From contig NC_068993.1 of NCBI RefSeq assembly GCF_001194135.2, positions 44,513,817 through 44,577,816 of the forward strand: a DNA stretch of 64,000 nucleotides, written 5' to 3'. Source of the stretch: Octopus bimaculoides (taxonomy: Eukaryota). Of the stretch, positions 63,355 through 64,000 are shown piece after piece (the stretch's first letter is position 1; each line of letters begins with the position of its first letter). The notes beneath the pieces were generated by a model. The model was not told the origin of the DNA, ran no database searches, and worked only from the letters and a program-made list of their open reading frames with translations. Both the position numbers and the translations under genes were made by a program.

Positions 63355-63638
63355 GCATGCAATTCCATTCTGTTGAGAAGTCCTTTCTTTATCTTGCTAG
63401 TTACTTGACAGCCTTACTAGTGCTGGTTTCAAGAAAAGAGTACCAGTACGTTCTGTAAAGTGGTTGGCATTATGAAGCTATAGAAACCATGCCAGAATAG
63501 ATATTGGAGCTTGTCATAGTCCTCCAAGTTATTGGATACCATAAAACTATCCAACCCTTACAAGCATGGATGGCAGACATTAAATTATGATGACGACAAT
63601 GATAATGCAGAAACATCTTGATATTCCCAGAAAAGTTA

Positions 63639-63670
<32 letters not shown>
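61545..63670. repeat. Microsatellite-rich zone: (GGT)n, (TAT)n, (TA)n, (CA)n, (GA)n, (GATA)n, (TG)n
   Basis: Directly visible simple repeats; no supported coding exon. Confidence 0.9.
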
Positions 63671-63674
<4 letters not shown>

Positions 63675-64000
63675 TAACTAGATATATTGACCTCCACATG
63701 ACTCAATTTAATTTCTTAATTTGTCTGAGGCATTATTTATTGAGTGTCCGATAACTAATAAGAAACTAGTTGAAGTTATAAGCAATGTCTATGTGAAATA
63801 AATAACGGAAAGAGGTAATATAAGATATACCCATATAAAGAAAATATGAAGGTTCAGTAAAATAAATTGGTGATCATGTTCTATGGACTCAAATGTATCC
63901 CTTGAAGCCTGCTGGTGCCTTGCAAACATTTTGGCAAATGGAACACATTGAGGACTCAGTTTGCTCGCGTACCTGAGGATCATTTACTATGTATTTTCTT

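Noticed and set aside
63789-64000. Minus-strand ORF (…ASKLSPQC…FARH…) with faint likeness to the NAXD C-terminus (NAXD neighbours CARS2 in human), plus a CAG|GTACGC donor-like site at 63973
   Set aside because: The similarity is only a few residues and conflicts with the donor reading. It needs tBLASTn and the downstream sequence.

Overview
AT-rich, microsatellite-dense eukaryotic genomic DNA with assembly gaps. The SINE families look like those of an octopod cephalopod (Octopus-like); this is inferred from recalled repeat families, not a search. Three spliced genes were rebuilt by hand from GT-AG junctions with consistent phases. (1) The last two exons of a plus-strand SDR oxidoreductase (666-795, 2504-2647). 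It resembles the C-terminal R2 domain of NRPS-like ATRR glycine-betaine reductases and carries an apparent ~29-nt frameshifting deletion. (2) A 4-exon minus-strand ING1/2-type PHD-finger gene (23248->5838, 255 aa). (3) A plus-strand mitochondrial cysteinyl-tRNA synthetase CARS2 with 13 coding exons (36255-55730, ~601 aa). ING and CARS2 are head-to-head, as ING1 and CARS2 are in human. The rest is tRNA-derived SINEs of several modular families, RTE and CR1/L2/Jockey LINE fragments, two DD37D (maT-type) Tc1/mariner relics, MITEs, Helitron-like pieces and microsatellites. Notable structural signals: a 151-bp direct repeat flanking one SINE like a giant target-site duplication, head-to-tail SINE arrays, an inverted SINE pair in a CARS2 intron, hairpins and palindromes, a KIIK->KIID change in CARS2, and an ~18-kb CpG-retaining domain over the ING/CARS2 5' ends. 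No prokaryotic features, CRISPR arrays, rRNA or true tRNA genes were found.
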